A stretch of 64,000 bases of DNA from Lama glama. Lineage: Eukaryota. The stretch is from NCBI GenBank assembly GCA_028534125.1, contig CM052817.1, positions 54,376,001-54,440,000 on the forward strand, in the 5' to 3' direction. The notes below the pieces were generated by a model, which saw only the letters and a list, made by a program, of their open reading frames with translations, was not told the origin of the DNA and made no database searches. A program made the position numbers and the translations under genes. This document shows, in pieces, positions 26,866 to 39,310 of the stretch; the stretch's first letter is position 1; the number at the start of each line of letters is the position of its first letter.

Positions 26866-27823
26866 TACAGATGGCACATGAAAAGATGCTCAGTATCACT
26901 AATTGGCAGAAAAATGCAAATCAAAACTACTGTGAGGTTATCACCTCATATTGGTTAGAATGGCGATCACTCAGAAGTCCACAAATGATAATGCTGGAGA
27001 GAGTGTGGAGAAAGGGAACTCTCCTACACTGTTAGTGGGAATGTAATTTGTGGTGTAATAATGGTGCAACCACTATGAAAAAAGGTATGAAGTTTCCTTA
27101 AAAAACTAATAGTTACCATATGATCCAGCAATCCCACTCCTGTACATATATCCAGAGGAAACTCTAATAAAAAAAGATACATGCATCTCAATGTTCACAA
27201 CAACACTATTTACAATATCTAAGACATGGAAGCAACCTATATGCCCCTCTATAGATGACTGCATAAAGATGTGTATGTGTGTGTGTGTGTGTGTATAAAA
27301 TATGTGTGTATACTATATTATAATATATAGTATATTATATATATAATTACATATATTATATAGTGGAATACTACTCAGCCACAAAAAAGAATGAAATAAT
27401 GCCATTTGCAGCAACATGGATGGACCTAGAGATTATCATATTGAGAGAAGCAGGCCATAAAGAGAAAGACATATACTACATGATGTCACTTACATGTGGA
27501 ATCTTATAAAAATGACATAAATGAACTTATTTACAAAACAGAAGCAGACTCACAGACACAGAAAACAAACTTATGGTTACCAGGTTGGGCGGGGTGGGTG
27601 GATAAATTAGGAGTTCAGGATTTATAGATACCAAATACTATATATAAAATATATAAAATAAACAACAAGGTCTTCCTGTACAGCACAGAGAACTATATCC
27701 AATATCTTGTAAAAACCTATAATAAAAGGAATATGAAAAGGAATTTATATGTATATATGAATCACTATGCTGTACACACAAAAAATAACAACATTGTAAA
27801 TCAACTGTAGTTCAATTAAAAAA
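26866..27823 (+). mobile_element. 5'-truncated L1 LINE (ORF2 C-terminus, 3'UTR, poly(A)) with perfect 13-bp TSD
   Basis: Canonical L1 text (cacatgaaaagatgctcagtatcact...aaatgcaaatcaaaactac...ccagcaatcccactcctg...ccatttgcagcaacatggatggacctagagatt). TSD AAGACTGTTAACA lies at 26853-26865 and 27824-27836. Confidence 0.97.
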
Positions 27824-28179
27824 AAGACTGTTAACAATCATCAATAGTAGGTTTTTTAACTGAATGTTAATACTTACCTCCCTCATCTAAATCCAGCACT
27901 CACGGCATACATTTAAAGTGCTCCTGAATTGTCCTATTTAGTATGTCCAATTCACTGAACACTGATCATTTTAAATACATACCTGGCCTATGAGATTCAC
28001 CGGCCCACACAATATAAACTTGCTACCAAAGGATCACTATGGTTTTTAAAATAACAATAATAAACAGCATTAATTAGAAAGCATGAATAAACATTAAAAC
28101 TATTGTTTCAGATAACTTTTTCTTCTCTTCAAAATCTGGAAGCAAATCAAATTTTTTATTTCTTCCAACAGAGTTAAAA

Positions 28180-28330
28180 ATTGGACCAAGATCAGCTTCT
28201 TGACATCGTGATCCATCACAGACTACAACATTATTCACAGGAGGGCCAATGTGTCAGAGACAGACTTGGGAATATGGATCAAATAGACATACTGCATTTC
28301 AATTCTGAGGAATTCAAGATATTGAAAGGT
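28180..28330 (+). mobile_element. Possible CR1/L3 ORF2 relic (distal reverse-transcriptase region)
   Basis: RDRLGNMDQIDILHFNSEEFKIL weakly resembles the CR1 segment DRLENWAETNKMKFNRDKCKVL. It lies between two clearer CR1 relics. Confidence 0.35.
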
Positions 28331-29149
28331 GAAATAAATGCACTGAATACATTTTACAATGAAACTGCCTCTAAGGAGTAAGGGTAAGATTTGTCATTGG
28401 CTTTGTGGAATGTACGTGAAGCTTTTTTCTGTATGCTTCTGTGTTCAGCTGGGCATACTGTGTTCTAATTTTCACATTTCAATTCATCCTGAAATTTGAT
28501 TTTGTGTGTGTGTAAAATATAAGAAATAAGAATGGCAATCGCAAAAATGTTAAAGTTTTTAAAGGAAAATATTAAATTTAGTTTTTCAAAGACACAGATT
28601 CTTTTTCCACAAATACAAATGACAGGATCTGAAACTACACGTAGTCAAATGCATTATAAATTTGACTGGCTTTGCCTTTAAACATGTGATTCTTCCCTGG
28701 ATGTCCTCAATCATCCTAAGAGTTTAGAAACTCAGTTTGTTCTAGATCATACTTAATGAAAAACAAAAATTAACATAAAGTAAAGCAACCACAAAGCAGG
28801 GTAAAAATGTGCTTTCTGTGTTTGATTTCCTGTTCATTAACTCAACAATAGTTCTTCACACAAAACAAACACACAAAAGGAGCTAAATTTTGGAGATTTA
28901 TCTTGAAAGATATGAATGATATTCCTAAAAATGTCAAGTATTTTTATTGGTTCACACAGAGGGGGAAAAATTGTTAGTAATTACTGATACTACCTCACAG
29001 AAAACTGTTGGAGTTTTAGTAAAATCTAGTCAGCTTGGCATAAAGGTAATTTCTGATTTACTTTTAAATTCTCTACCAACTAAGTACCAAACATGCACTG
29101 CAGGAATGTAGAGCAATAAGGAAACACCCACAAACAAGGACAGAAGAGG

Positions 29150-29600
29150 CATACATTTTTTTATTAATGGCATAAAAAATAATGGATAATTAAAAGGATG
29201 ATTAAAAGACAGCCAAACAACTAATGGTCATACCGGCCTAGAATTCTCCGTCAGAGAAGGACCACTCAACTGGAAAGAGCAGAAGGAAAACTGGTCAGAA
29301 GGAAAGGTGAAGCTGAAGATAAGAAATGTGTTTTGCGAAATACTCAGCTGCTGGCAAAGTGTTCCAATCTCCTGGACCATTTGATTAAAGAGCAGGTTTT
29401 TTGAGAGGACTTGCAAAATAGATCCAACAAATGCAGTGATCTTTGAAGGAACTTAAGACCGGCGAGGGGCCAGAAGACGGCAGGCAGGCTCAGACGAATG
29501 CATTTTCAGTTTGCAAAAGAGGAGAAGAGTAAATTCTTCAAAATATCGACAGAAGAGTTTCTCATTATTCTTTAAAAAGCTTCCATAACAACTTATTAGG
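29150..29600 (+). mobile_element. CR1/L3 LINE ORF2 relic
   Basis: Translates with stops and frameshifts to FQSPGPFD*RAGFLRGLAK..VIFEG..TGEGPEDGRQA..KRRRVNSSKYRQ. The recalled CR1 sequence is FKSPGPDELHPRVLRELAD..IFE..TGEVPEDWRRA..KKGKKVDSGNYRP. Confidence 0.8.
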
Positions 29601-29699
29601 AACTGATCTGTATGGTGCCAGAGCAGGATTTATTGTTTGTCAGGGGCCGTCCTGGCTACACTAAGTATGAGCTACCTGAAAGGCATTGATGAGAGACAG

Positions 29700-29860
29700 A
29701 CCGAGGAGTGCAATGGTTAATAGTGAGAGCTCCCAGGACTAGTCACCACCACCACTAGAATCTGAGCAAGTAATTTCCACTCCATGCAACTTGGCTTACC
29801 ATTTGCAAAATAGTTATAATAGCACCTCTTCATAACATTGCTGTGAAAATGAAACGTATT
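29700..29860 (+). mobile_element. MIR SINE
   Basis: gtgcaatggttaatagtgagagctc...tgagcaagtaattt...catttgcaaaatag..ataatagcacc..cataacattgctgtgaaaatgaaa. Confidence 0.7.
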
Positions 29861-31009
29861 TAATAGGTCTTCATTACAACATGAGGACAATAATGAACAT
29901 CTTCCTCAGAGTAAATAATCAAAAACGGCATCTCTAACTATAAGATCATCCTTTCTGAACATACCAGACACCTAGAGAAGGGAAGTGCAGAAGACTGAGT
30001 TTAACTAGTCCTGCAAGGCAACTGGGAAGATCCCTTGTGGCAGTCTCGTCCACGCAATGGGACATACAGAAATAAAATCGAACCAATGTTTAATGAGAGT
30101 AACCCAAAAAGCCTTTCATAAGAGGACCAGCTGAATCATTTCAGGAGCTCCCGTGCACCAGTCTGTGTACACTGTCACTTGCGTACCAGAAGAGCTACCT
30201 CAGAACAGAAGCCCTTTTCTTGACCGTGCCACTTTAAAAATTTCCCCAAAGCGAGCAAGTCTATGTTCAAGTGCGAGGGGATATTCACCCTGACTGCCAA
30301 CAACGAATGGACTCAGCAGTCAGGTAATGTCATTCTAATATCAACCCATAGCACTGCTCTTGAGTCTAATGTGTGGTTACCATATTCCTGCAACAATTTA
30401 AATCAGTTTGTGTACATTATCCACCCCATTCTGTCCATTCATGCAGAAAAGTGCAAGAGGGTTAAAAGTGGTAACAAGGAGCACACCGTGACAGAAACGA
30501 AAAGACAACAAGAACGAAAGAAACCACTGGTGCTCAGATGAGCAAGAGTCAAGAGCAGGGATGACTCCACCAGATGAAGAATAAATGGAAACCACATAAA
30601 AAGATCCAGGAGAAAGAAAGAAAAGTGGCTTTTGTAAAAAGGAAGAGCTTTGGGTGCAAGGATAACCCAAGGATGGGCATCAGTCCTGGATGCCTGTGAG
30701 CCTGGTGTTAGTGCAGACACAGAAATTTGTCCAGGAACTTAACAAGCACAGTAATGACTAACTGAGGAACTGGTGTCAAAATCCAGGGCTAATTATAGTG
30801 TCCAGGCAAGTTCGCACTTGCACAATAGAGCAGTGAAGAGTGCAGATCCCCAGGGGGAGGGATCTATGTGGGGGCATGATTCACAACAGAACGTCTACCA
30901 GCAGGAAGCTGAAGGGCATGGCTGGTGCTAAAACGGAGGTTACGGAACTGGTAGACCCCATCTTGTGGTGTCATAGCACTTTTACTCCTTTTTTTTCAAA
31001 ATAATTTCA

Positions 31010-31100
31010 AACAGCACCAAGAAGGCAGAATATTTAACAATAAAAATCTAGGTTTCTGGTTTCTAGAAAAAATAATCTGAAGGTCTGGCAGCAGTTACAC
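31010..31100 (-). mobile_element. hAT-Charlie (MER102-like) internal fragment
   Basis: taaaaatctaggtttctggtttctagaaaaaataatctgaaggtctggcagca matches the reverse complement of the recalled MER102 segment TGCCAGATCTTCTGATTTTTCAAGAGAAGCCGGAAATCCGGATTTTTA. Confidence 0.55.
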
Positions 31101-31705
31101 AATATGTGCCTCACTCATTCAGAATATCTGTTGGCCCTTGAAATGTCTGACTTTATGGTCCTAGTTTTCGAAATTTCAAAGGACTGAACTACACTCTACA
31201 GGATGGAGAGTGAATGGGCGATGGAACAGTAAACACTTAAGCACTTTGACTACATCCAAAGATTCTGAATGTAAATGAAGTCTTTAGCTGGAACAAAAAA
31301 ATGCACAATGAGGTTGAGAAGTGGTTAACGTAGGAAAAGCTGAAGGTAGAAAGCTTTCCTCTTCCCACCATTAATACTGATAACGCTGCTTGATGGTTTG
31401 TGCAGCACTTTGATCACGTTACTGTTTACACTCATAATTAAGCAAAGGGAAATAAAGGTGGAGGCTCAATTCTAGAAAAATAATCAGGGTCCCAGAATTA
31501 TAGGGATTTAGAATGGCAAAAGCCTTTGGAGATTGTCTAAGTCGATCCTCACAGATGAAAGAATTAACTAACTTATATGTAAAACCTCAAAGCATTTAAA
31601 GCTTCCTTTAATTTTAAAGTACATAATAATTCTAGAAATGAACTTAGTAATGTATAACTTTGTCAAAAGGCTGTGACTATACACTAGATCATAAATACAT
31701 TCACA

Positions 31706-32208
31706 TGTGAATGAAAACTGCTGCCTGCCCTATCAGTAAGCAAAGGATGTTGAAGCCATCAAGCCATTACAGTCGCCCTGATGGTGAGCCTCGAGGGAAC
31801 TCCAGATGGAAACAAGCAGCCTGCTTGGTGTCAAGCCCCTGCAGCCTCTCCAGTGGTCCACCCAGAGGGCATTCAGGATGGGAAAGAACAGGCCCTAGAC
31901 AGCTATCGTGCTTATCAAAGGAATGCTTTCTATGAGCCCAGACTCTTGCATCTTCCCATACACAGCAAAGTGCTAAGTTCCTTAACTTGAGATGCCTGGT
32001 TTTCTTTAATTAATAGTAACCTTTTGATATTCCCACTACCTGGTCTTAATTGCAAAAACTCCTATAGATCCTGGCTCCTCTCTCACCTCTTCAGAGAGGG
32101 CCCTTAGAGCTACCTGAGAGGCTATCTCCTGGGCTTGAAGTTCTCAGAAAATCTGCCCCAAAAAACGTAATTCTCAACTTTTAAGCTGTGCAGTTTCTGC
32201 AGTGGACA
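31706..32208 (+). mobile_element. ERV1-class solo LTR (cetartiodactyl type)
   Basis: Begins TGTGAATGAAAA and ends CAGTGGACA (TG...CA termini with an imperfect inverted repeat). Flanks are CACA (31702-31705) and CATA (32209-32212). It has a TATA-like cctatagatcc, an LTR-like tail (aattctcaacttttaagctgtgc) and no internal gag/pol. Confidence 0.85.
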
Positions 32209-33531
32209 CATATATGAGTGAAACTTAACATGTAAACAGAGTTGTACACATGTCCCAAACCAGGCCCCTCTTGGCTCTCACCCCTGTGAGCCAGTCAGGA
32301 TGGTTTAATGAACACCCGAGGGGATTCTGCAGCACAGTGTATTCCCTGGCCTGTTTGGAAGTCAGACAACAGTCCCTCTTGGAGTTAAGTCTTTGGTTCA
32401 AAGATTTTCCTCCCTTTTTCCCAACCGTGTTTACCACTGGAGTAAGAGAACACTGGTTATCTGCCTCCAATCCATACACCGAGTCAAAACCCTAGAGGTC
32501 TGAGACAGTGAAGGACCCTGATACTGAAGGTCCTATTTACAGAGCAAATACAAAAGTAAATTAGCAATAATAAATGCTGAATCTCTGGAATTTGGAAAAG
32601 CCAGCTTAAAAAAAAAAAGTCTTGTGCATGAGTCACAGAATCATTAACATAATGTTGCCGTGTCTGTGAATTTCTGGCAGGTTAATTTTTGATCGCTGGG
32701 GAAGAGCAAAGCTCCCAACCAATTTTCTAAATCATCTTTAGGTAAACATCTAGGGCAATCACCTAGACTCCTTCCTCAAGACCCAGGTATGTTTTGAGAA
32801 AGCAGTCAAGATTCCTGAATGATTTACTAAGCTAACTGTCAGAACTGCTCATATACCTGGCTCAGACTGAGAATGAGTAACTAAAAAATCGTGCATGATA
32901 CCCTTTAGCCTCAGTGTCCTCACCTCACTCAGAAATCAAGCATCAAGAAAAGATACATGTACCCTGGCTGTTCAAATAATTTTAGACTCCTGCTTATGCA
33001 AGGTACTCCTAGTATGAGGTCACAATAAATAAAAATGAAATAGTACACATGATAGTAAGCAGAAGACAGCATGGTCATTTAGATGTAAATATATTTCCTT
33101 TCTGCTTTTAGTAAGTTTAGAACGGCATAGTTAACCACTGGGTGCTATAACCTCAGGTTCTGAAACAAACTACTGGGGTCCCTCAAAAAAACGTTCTTTA
33201 AATTTTAGACAACTGAAGCACAAATAAGAAATTATCCAAAATAAAACAATGTGAACAAATGAGCTATCAACCAAGTTTGATGATATACTTTTGCTTCCAA
33301 ATAAATAACAAAGATCAATTTGGAAAATTAATGAGACAATCACATTTGAAATAGAATTGTAGATACAGTCCTTAGAAAGAATCATCATTCACTGTAATTT
33401 TAAAATTTGAATCACTAATTTGTTGACAACAAATTTCGATCCTTAAAATAAATTTATCAAACTCACTTCTGTTTCTTTTTCAAATCTTTTGGGAAAACAT
33501 TGTAGTGATAATCTTAATGGTATAATATTGG

Positions 33532-34614
33532 AGCCAAGACATGGAAACAGCCTAAATGTCCATCAACAGATGACTGGTTAAAGAAGATGTGGTATATTTA
33601 TACAATGGAATACTACTCAGCCATAAAAACCGACAAAATAACGCCATTTGCAGCAACATGGATGCTCCTGGAAAATGTCATTCTAAGTGAAGTAAGCCAG
33701 AAAGAGAAAGAAAAATACCATATGAGATCGTTTATATGTGGAATCTAAAAAACAAAAACAAAAACAAAAACAAAAAAACAAAGCATAAATACAAAACAGA
33801 AATAGACTNNNNNNNNNNNNNNNNNNNNNNNNNNNNNNNNNNNNNNNNNNNNNNNNNNNNNNNNNNNNNNNNNNNNNNNNNNNNNNNNNNNNNNNNNNNN
33901 NNNNNNNNNNNNNNNNNNNNNNNNNNNNNNNNNNNNNNNNNNNNNNNNNNNNNNNNNNNNNNNNNNNNNNNNNNNNNNNNNNNNNNNNNNNNNNNNNNNN
34001 NNNNNNNNNNNNNNNNNNNNNNNNNNNNNNNNNNNNNNNNNNNNNNNNNNNNNNNNNNNNNNNNNNNNNNNNNNNNNNNNNNNNNNNNNNNNNNNNNNNN
34101 NNNNNNNNNNNNNNNNNNNNNNNNNNNNNNNNNNNNNNNNNNNNNNNNNNNNNNNNNNNNNNNNNNNNNNNNNNNNNNNNNNNNNNNNNNNNNNNNNNNN
34201 NNNNNNNNNNNNNNNNNNNNNNNNNNNNNNNNNNNNNNNNNNNNNNNNNNNNNNNNNNNNNNNNNNNNNNNNNNNNNNNNNNNNNNNNNNNNNNNNNNNN
34301 NNNNNNNNATAAATACAAAACAGAAATAGACTCATGGACATGGAATACAAACTTGTGGTTGCCAAGGGGGTGGAGGGTGGGAAGGGATAGACGGAATTTC
34401 AAAACTGTAGAATAAACAAGATTATACTGTATAGCACAGGGAAATATATACAAGATCTTATGGTAGCTCACAGAGAAAAAAATGTGACAATGAATATATA
34501 TATGTTCATGTATAACTGAAAAATTGTGCTCTACACTGGAATTTGACACAACATTGTAAAATGATTATAAATCAATAAAAAATGTTAAAAAATAAAATAA
34601 AATAAAATAGAAAT
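33532..34614 (+). mobile_element. Young 5'-truncated L1 3' end spanning the assembly gap
   Basis: agccaagacatggaaacagcctaaatgtccatcaacagatgactgg...ccatttgcagcaacatggatg, followed by the 3'UTR, AATAAA and an (AAAAT)n tail. Candidate TSD ATATTGG lies at 33525-33531 and 34615-34621. Confidence 0.95.
33809..34308. other. Assembly gap (500 N)
   Basis: A run of exactly 500 N. Confidence 0.99.
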
Positions 34615-35109
34615 ATATTGGTAAATATTATATTGACTTAAAAAGAATTTACTTCCTATTATTCCTTATGGCACCTTAAAAGGGATTTATAGGCTTTTTT
34701 TTTAATGTAATGAATACTTATATTGGACTTATAGTATATATACCTGGTACTGTTGCAGGCATCTTAAAAATAGGCAATTTAAACTTCATAGAAACCTTAG
34801 GAAGAGATAAGTTCTATATGAGAAAAATAAAATGTGCCTGCCTGAGAATCACAGTGACTAATTTTAAGCTTTTAAAAAGAAAGGTTTATCCTGGAGTTGA
34901 GAGTATAAAGGTTCAATATTAGCAGGATTAAAAGCTAGGATTACATTTAGTGACTTTAGGCCTTTGATGAAAACCTTTAACTGCCAGCTCAAATTAGATG
35001 TTGACAGATTAGAGTTTCATTACTTTTGAGAATGATTTACAGAAAAACTATTAGCAAACCAAATTATGTTTCTCCCCTGTCATCTTTCAACCTTCTATAA
35101 GGACAGGAG

Positions 35110-35630
35110 GGCAAGGAGGAGAGCCCCACATCCTTTCACACCCCTTCCAATGACACGTTATGTCCCCTCTCCTGGGATCTGGGAGGGCTAGTGATCGCAT
35201 GAACTAATAGACTTTGGCAGGAGTGATGCTACGAGCCTTCTGAAGCAATGTCATGAAGCGCCATGCAGCTTCCCCTGGGGTAGCCTGGAACACTTGATCT
35301 CTGAATGTCCCCCCTTCAAACACAGCTGTCATGCTGGGAGAAGTCCAAGACACATGGAGAGGCCATGTATAGGTTCTCTAGCTGACCATCCAGCTGGACA
35401 CAGCCTTCAAGTCCCACAGCGGGGAAACCAGGCCTGTGAGTGAGGGAGCCTCAAGACATTTCAGGTCTCAGCCTGAGGCCCTGAAGCCTTCGGAATCCTC
35501 CCCACTGAGGCCCCCGACAAGTGCGGCGCAGACACAAGCCCTCTGTGCCTGTCAGAATTCTGCCCACATGATTTGTGAGCATCATAAAATGGTGATGGAC
35601 ACTTTGTTACGTACCAATAGATAAATAAAT
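35110..35630 (+). mobile_element. ERVL-MaLR LTR (MLT1G/H-like)
   Basis: aatagactttggcaggagtgatgct...ccatgcagcttcc...catggagaggccatgtatagg...cagaattctgcccac..gtgagcatcataaaatggt...ttgttacgtaccaatagataa. Confidence 0.85.
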
Positions 35631-36964
35631 GCACTGTCACCCTAATTAAATCAGCGAACTCTGTAAGTCCATGCCCATAATAGTAACAGGAGTAGCACTA
35701 GTGATAAAATAATAATTGTCATAATCTCCTGCTCTGGATAAACGGTTAACACTTCACATTCATGGTTTTCTTTAACTCTCCCTCCTGGACCTATAAAACA
35801 AGTATAATAAATATTCCCATTTCTACAGATGAGATTTTAACTGATGTCCCAAAGCCACAGAATGAACAAACACCAGAACAATTATTTACTTGGAGTTATT
35901 TGGAAGAATTTAGTTGTTATAGTAAGGCACTGCTCATTTGGGAGGAAAAAAGCCCAGCTCCTTTCATAAAAGTGCATGTCAAAAATGTATGAATATAAAG
36001 GAAAATAATGTATAAACCTATAGCCATTTTTACAACAACAAAAACGTATTAATGTAAGTATCACTTAACTATTTCATTCTCAATAGTATTTACTTGGAAT
36101 AGTTCAAATCTGAATACTCTGAGATTCTTAGAACTCAAGGGAGGAAAATGAAGAAGTCCATACCTCAGGCAGCAAAATTCAATGGTATAAAATTGCAAAG
36201 GGCTTCTTAAAGCTTACCAGATCAGCCCACCCTCACGATTCATCTTCATATGAAAGGTAGCAAAACCCACAAGACCTACATGATCTTAAAAGATCTAAAG
36301 AGAGTGAAATTCCTACAATTATATTGCTGAAAAGGAAGAAGGTCCTCAGAGATCAGCCAATCCAATCCCTCCTCTGACAAGGAGAACAGTCATGTGACTT
36401 GCCCAGGGCTGCCCTTCTTTTCTGACTCCCATTCAGTGCCCTTTACTAAGGAGCAAGCTGTTTCTTTAAGAAGACCGACTATTTCAGTGAACTCTGTAGT
36501 CCCCAAAATTTCAGAATAGATTAATCGTTGCTGTGGCTAATCGTTTTCCACTTCAAAGAGTGGCTAATCCCCAGTTCTCGGTAATATTTGGGGCATGAAG
36601 ATATAACGTCCCCATGCTTAGGCATTATAGAAGACAGACAATACAAGGAGACACCAATTGCAAACAAAGCACATGTTAGTCCAGAAAGTGAAGTAATTCT
36701 CAAGTTAATGTGGATATCATATCTTAAGTGTCCATAAAGCCTTACGTTGCAGTAATGACAAGGGAAATGAGAATCAGAAAAGCAACCATGATAATGTTTA
36801 CTCTCTTCCAGGACTAAGTATCATTCATACAGCATTCCCCTGTAACCATCACAAAAACACCACAGGGAGGATACTCTTCTGCCCATTTGACAGATGAGAA
36901 AACTGCAAACTGGAGAAGCAACCATCGTACATGTGAACAATGACAGTTGCATATAAAATCCATT

Positions 36965-37428
36965 CTCTTTTTTCTCTTTATTTCATTTAAGGGGGCAAAG
37001 CACCCAGTTAAAGACTAGGTTTCCCAACCACATGTTCAGCCGGCCATGTCATTACATTCAGGCCAATGATAACTAAGTATTGGGTGGATTTTCCTAAAAG
37101 GCTGTTGATTCAGCTGAAAAATGTATTCCTTTTGTGTTCTCTGCTTTGCATCCTTCCTTCCTGCAACAGGGGATGGAGATGAGATAGCTTCAGCTCCAGA
37201 AGCCACGCTGTGACATAAGGTGATCCTAGGAGTGAAAGCCAGAATCAAAATGAGGATGAAGGAGGCAGGAATCTTGGTCTCTGAAGATCATGGAGCCATG
37301 ACCTAGAGCCCACATTGCCCACTGATAGACTTCTTTTCCAAGAGAGAGAAATTTCTATAATGTTTAAGTCCTAATATATTGAGTTTACTGATAAATGTTA
37401 TGAGACACAACTAATCCTTACTAATGTA
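36965..37428 (+). mobile_element. ERVL-MaLR LTR (MLT1J-like)
   Basis: cccagttaaagact..tttccca...ggccatgt..caggccaatga...cttccttcctgc...agctccagaagccacgctgtgacataaggtga...tgtttaagtc...taatccttactaatgta. Confidence 0.8.
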
Positions 37429-38944
37429 TTACCTTTACAGAAAAATATCGCCAAACAAAATGCTGAAAGCTCCTAAAACAATTAAAAAATCAATTTATAC
37501 CTCAGAGTCTACTTTACTATAATTCCTATTTCATCCTGCAGAGGAGCTGTACTTCCATTTCAAGGCTAACCATACAAATTTAAAGATAGACACTGAAGAC
37601 TATCATTGTCTAAACGACATAATTCTGCCTGGATCATATTGCAGGCAGGAAGGTGAGATGGGGAAGGGAGCTTAGCAAGTAAAAGATGGATTAAGAAAGA
37701 ATCAGAAATGCTACAGTCAGTTGACTCTAAGCTTTATGCTGTGCACGAACAACACAACCAACCAAGAAATTCTACCTATTGTTTACGCAGTGACAGATTA
37801 AGGAAAATGAGGTGTAGCTCGATAAACAAGCTCTCTCCTAAAGCAGATTTAGACACTATTCATCCCCTTCTTTTCAGTCTTGAAGTCTGCTTAGCTGGAA
37901 CTGTAAAATAAATTCCAGCACTCAGAACATTTCAAGGAGGAATAATTTTCAAAACTGACTCAGGCTTTATTTTACTTTGAAATTGATTAGATGTGCTGTT
38001 AAAGGAAAAATTGGTTGGTGTCTCAAAGAGTATTTTAGACAAATATAAGACAGCTAATTTTGGATGCTTTAGCTATTACACATTTCTGCCCATGTGTCAT
38101 CAACCCAGAAACAAATCATGTCAGATTAGGTTTTACAGCATATCAAATTATACCAAAAAAGGTGAAACAATCAATCTATTAGTATTAACACAGTATTTGC
38201 TGTTTAGTCAACTGATTATAAAATCAGCAGTGAAATCTGTTTTTTAAAGGACTTTAAACAAACAATAAATGGACTAAGGCAGTGAAAATAAAATCACTGA
38301 TGAGTTGCTTAGTAAGTAATGGAAATCAAACTCAATATACTTGGAAAGAAATGTTACATAAGGAGTAATTTAATCTAACTTTTCAATTTAGAGGATGCCT
38401 AGTCATATGTAACTTTCTAAAGTGAAGCATTTCAACAACTCATCATGAGTCTGTTTTAGAAGATAATCTGAAAATCGATAAGAATGACAAAAAATTTTAC
38501 TCTCCAATACCATCTGATCTAACTGCTAAAGAAGCAAAGACAAGCAAATGAGAATGTTTCAACTCAGTGAGTCAACACTGCATTTCACACAGACAGCAAT
38601 TTGCTCCTCTGAAACTTTTAAATGGGATTCAAACTAAGTTACTCCTCTCCTTGTAGGGGGTTTCTGGAATAAACAGAAAAGCTCTAAAGCATAAATCACA
38701 CTAATTCTGTTTTGAATGGTTTCATGTCTCTTTAAAGCATTACTAACAAACTGAAAATTCAAATTGGTTTCTTTGCTCTTAACTCTGTGAGCAAGGAATA
38801 ATCACAGGAATAGAGTCAGCAGGCAATAATTTCTGAATGAATAATGAGTCAGTGGATGATGATGCACCAGACTGTGTTCCATTAGATCTGGATATTCCAG
38901 CTCTGGTATCTCATTGAATGACTGGTTAATTCATGCAAGGGGGA

Positions 38945-39310
38945 CACAACAGTATGACAGAAAGACACTCCAAGGAAGTTTCAGAGGCAGATCTGGATTC
39001 AAATCCTGATGTAGCCAAGGCCTGGCATTTACTATCCCTAACCTTCCATTTTCTCAACTGTAAAAAGAAGTTAATAATGCATAACTTCCACAGGCACCAT
39101 GCTGTATAGTTCCTGGTACTGTTTCTGACAAGTATTTGTTCCTGATCTAAAATGACAGGTTATTATTATGATGATGATGGACATCTTTGAGTATCATTTT
39201 CTAATCTGAAAAAAAGGAACAATAATTTCTGGTATACCTACATTTCAGGGAGGTTGGGAGGATGAAATCAGGTATTTTAGGTGAAAATGTATTAAAACTA
39301 TAAAACGCTA
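38945..39310 (+). mobile_element. Two tandem MIR fragments
   Basis: cagatctggattcaaatcctg...ccattttctcaactgtaaaa and cattttctaatctgaaaaaaagg..ataat...agggaggttgggaggatgaaat. Confidence 0.7.

Noticed and set aside
28172..28383. Plus-strand exon-like segment (TTTCTTCCAACAG acceptor to GG|GTAAGA donor)
   Set aside because: All frames contain stops, it is opposite to the inferred transcription direction, and it is better explained as a possible CR1 relic.
33683..34549. The longest ORFs in the track (288, 206 and 197 aa)
   Set aside because: They read through the 500-N gap inside an L1 3'UTR, so they are artefacts.
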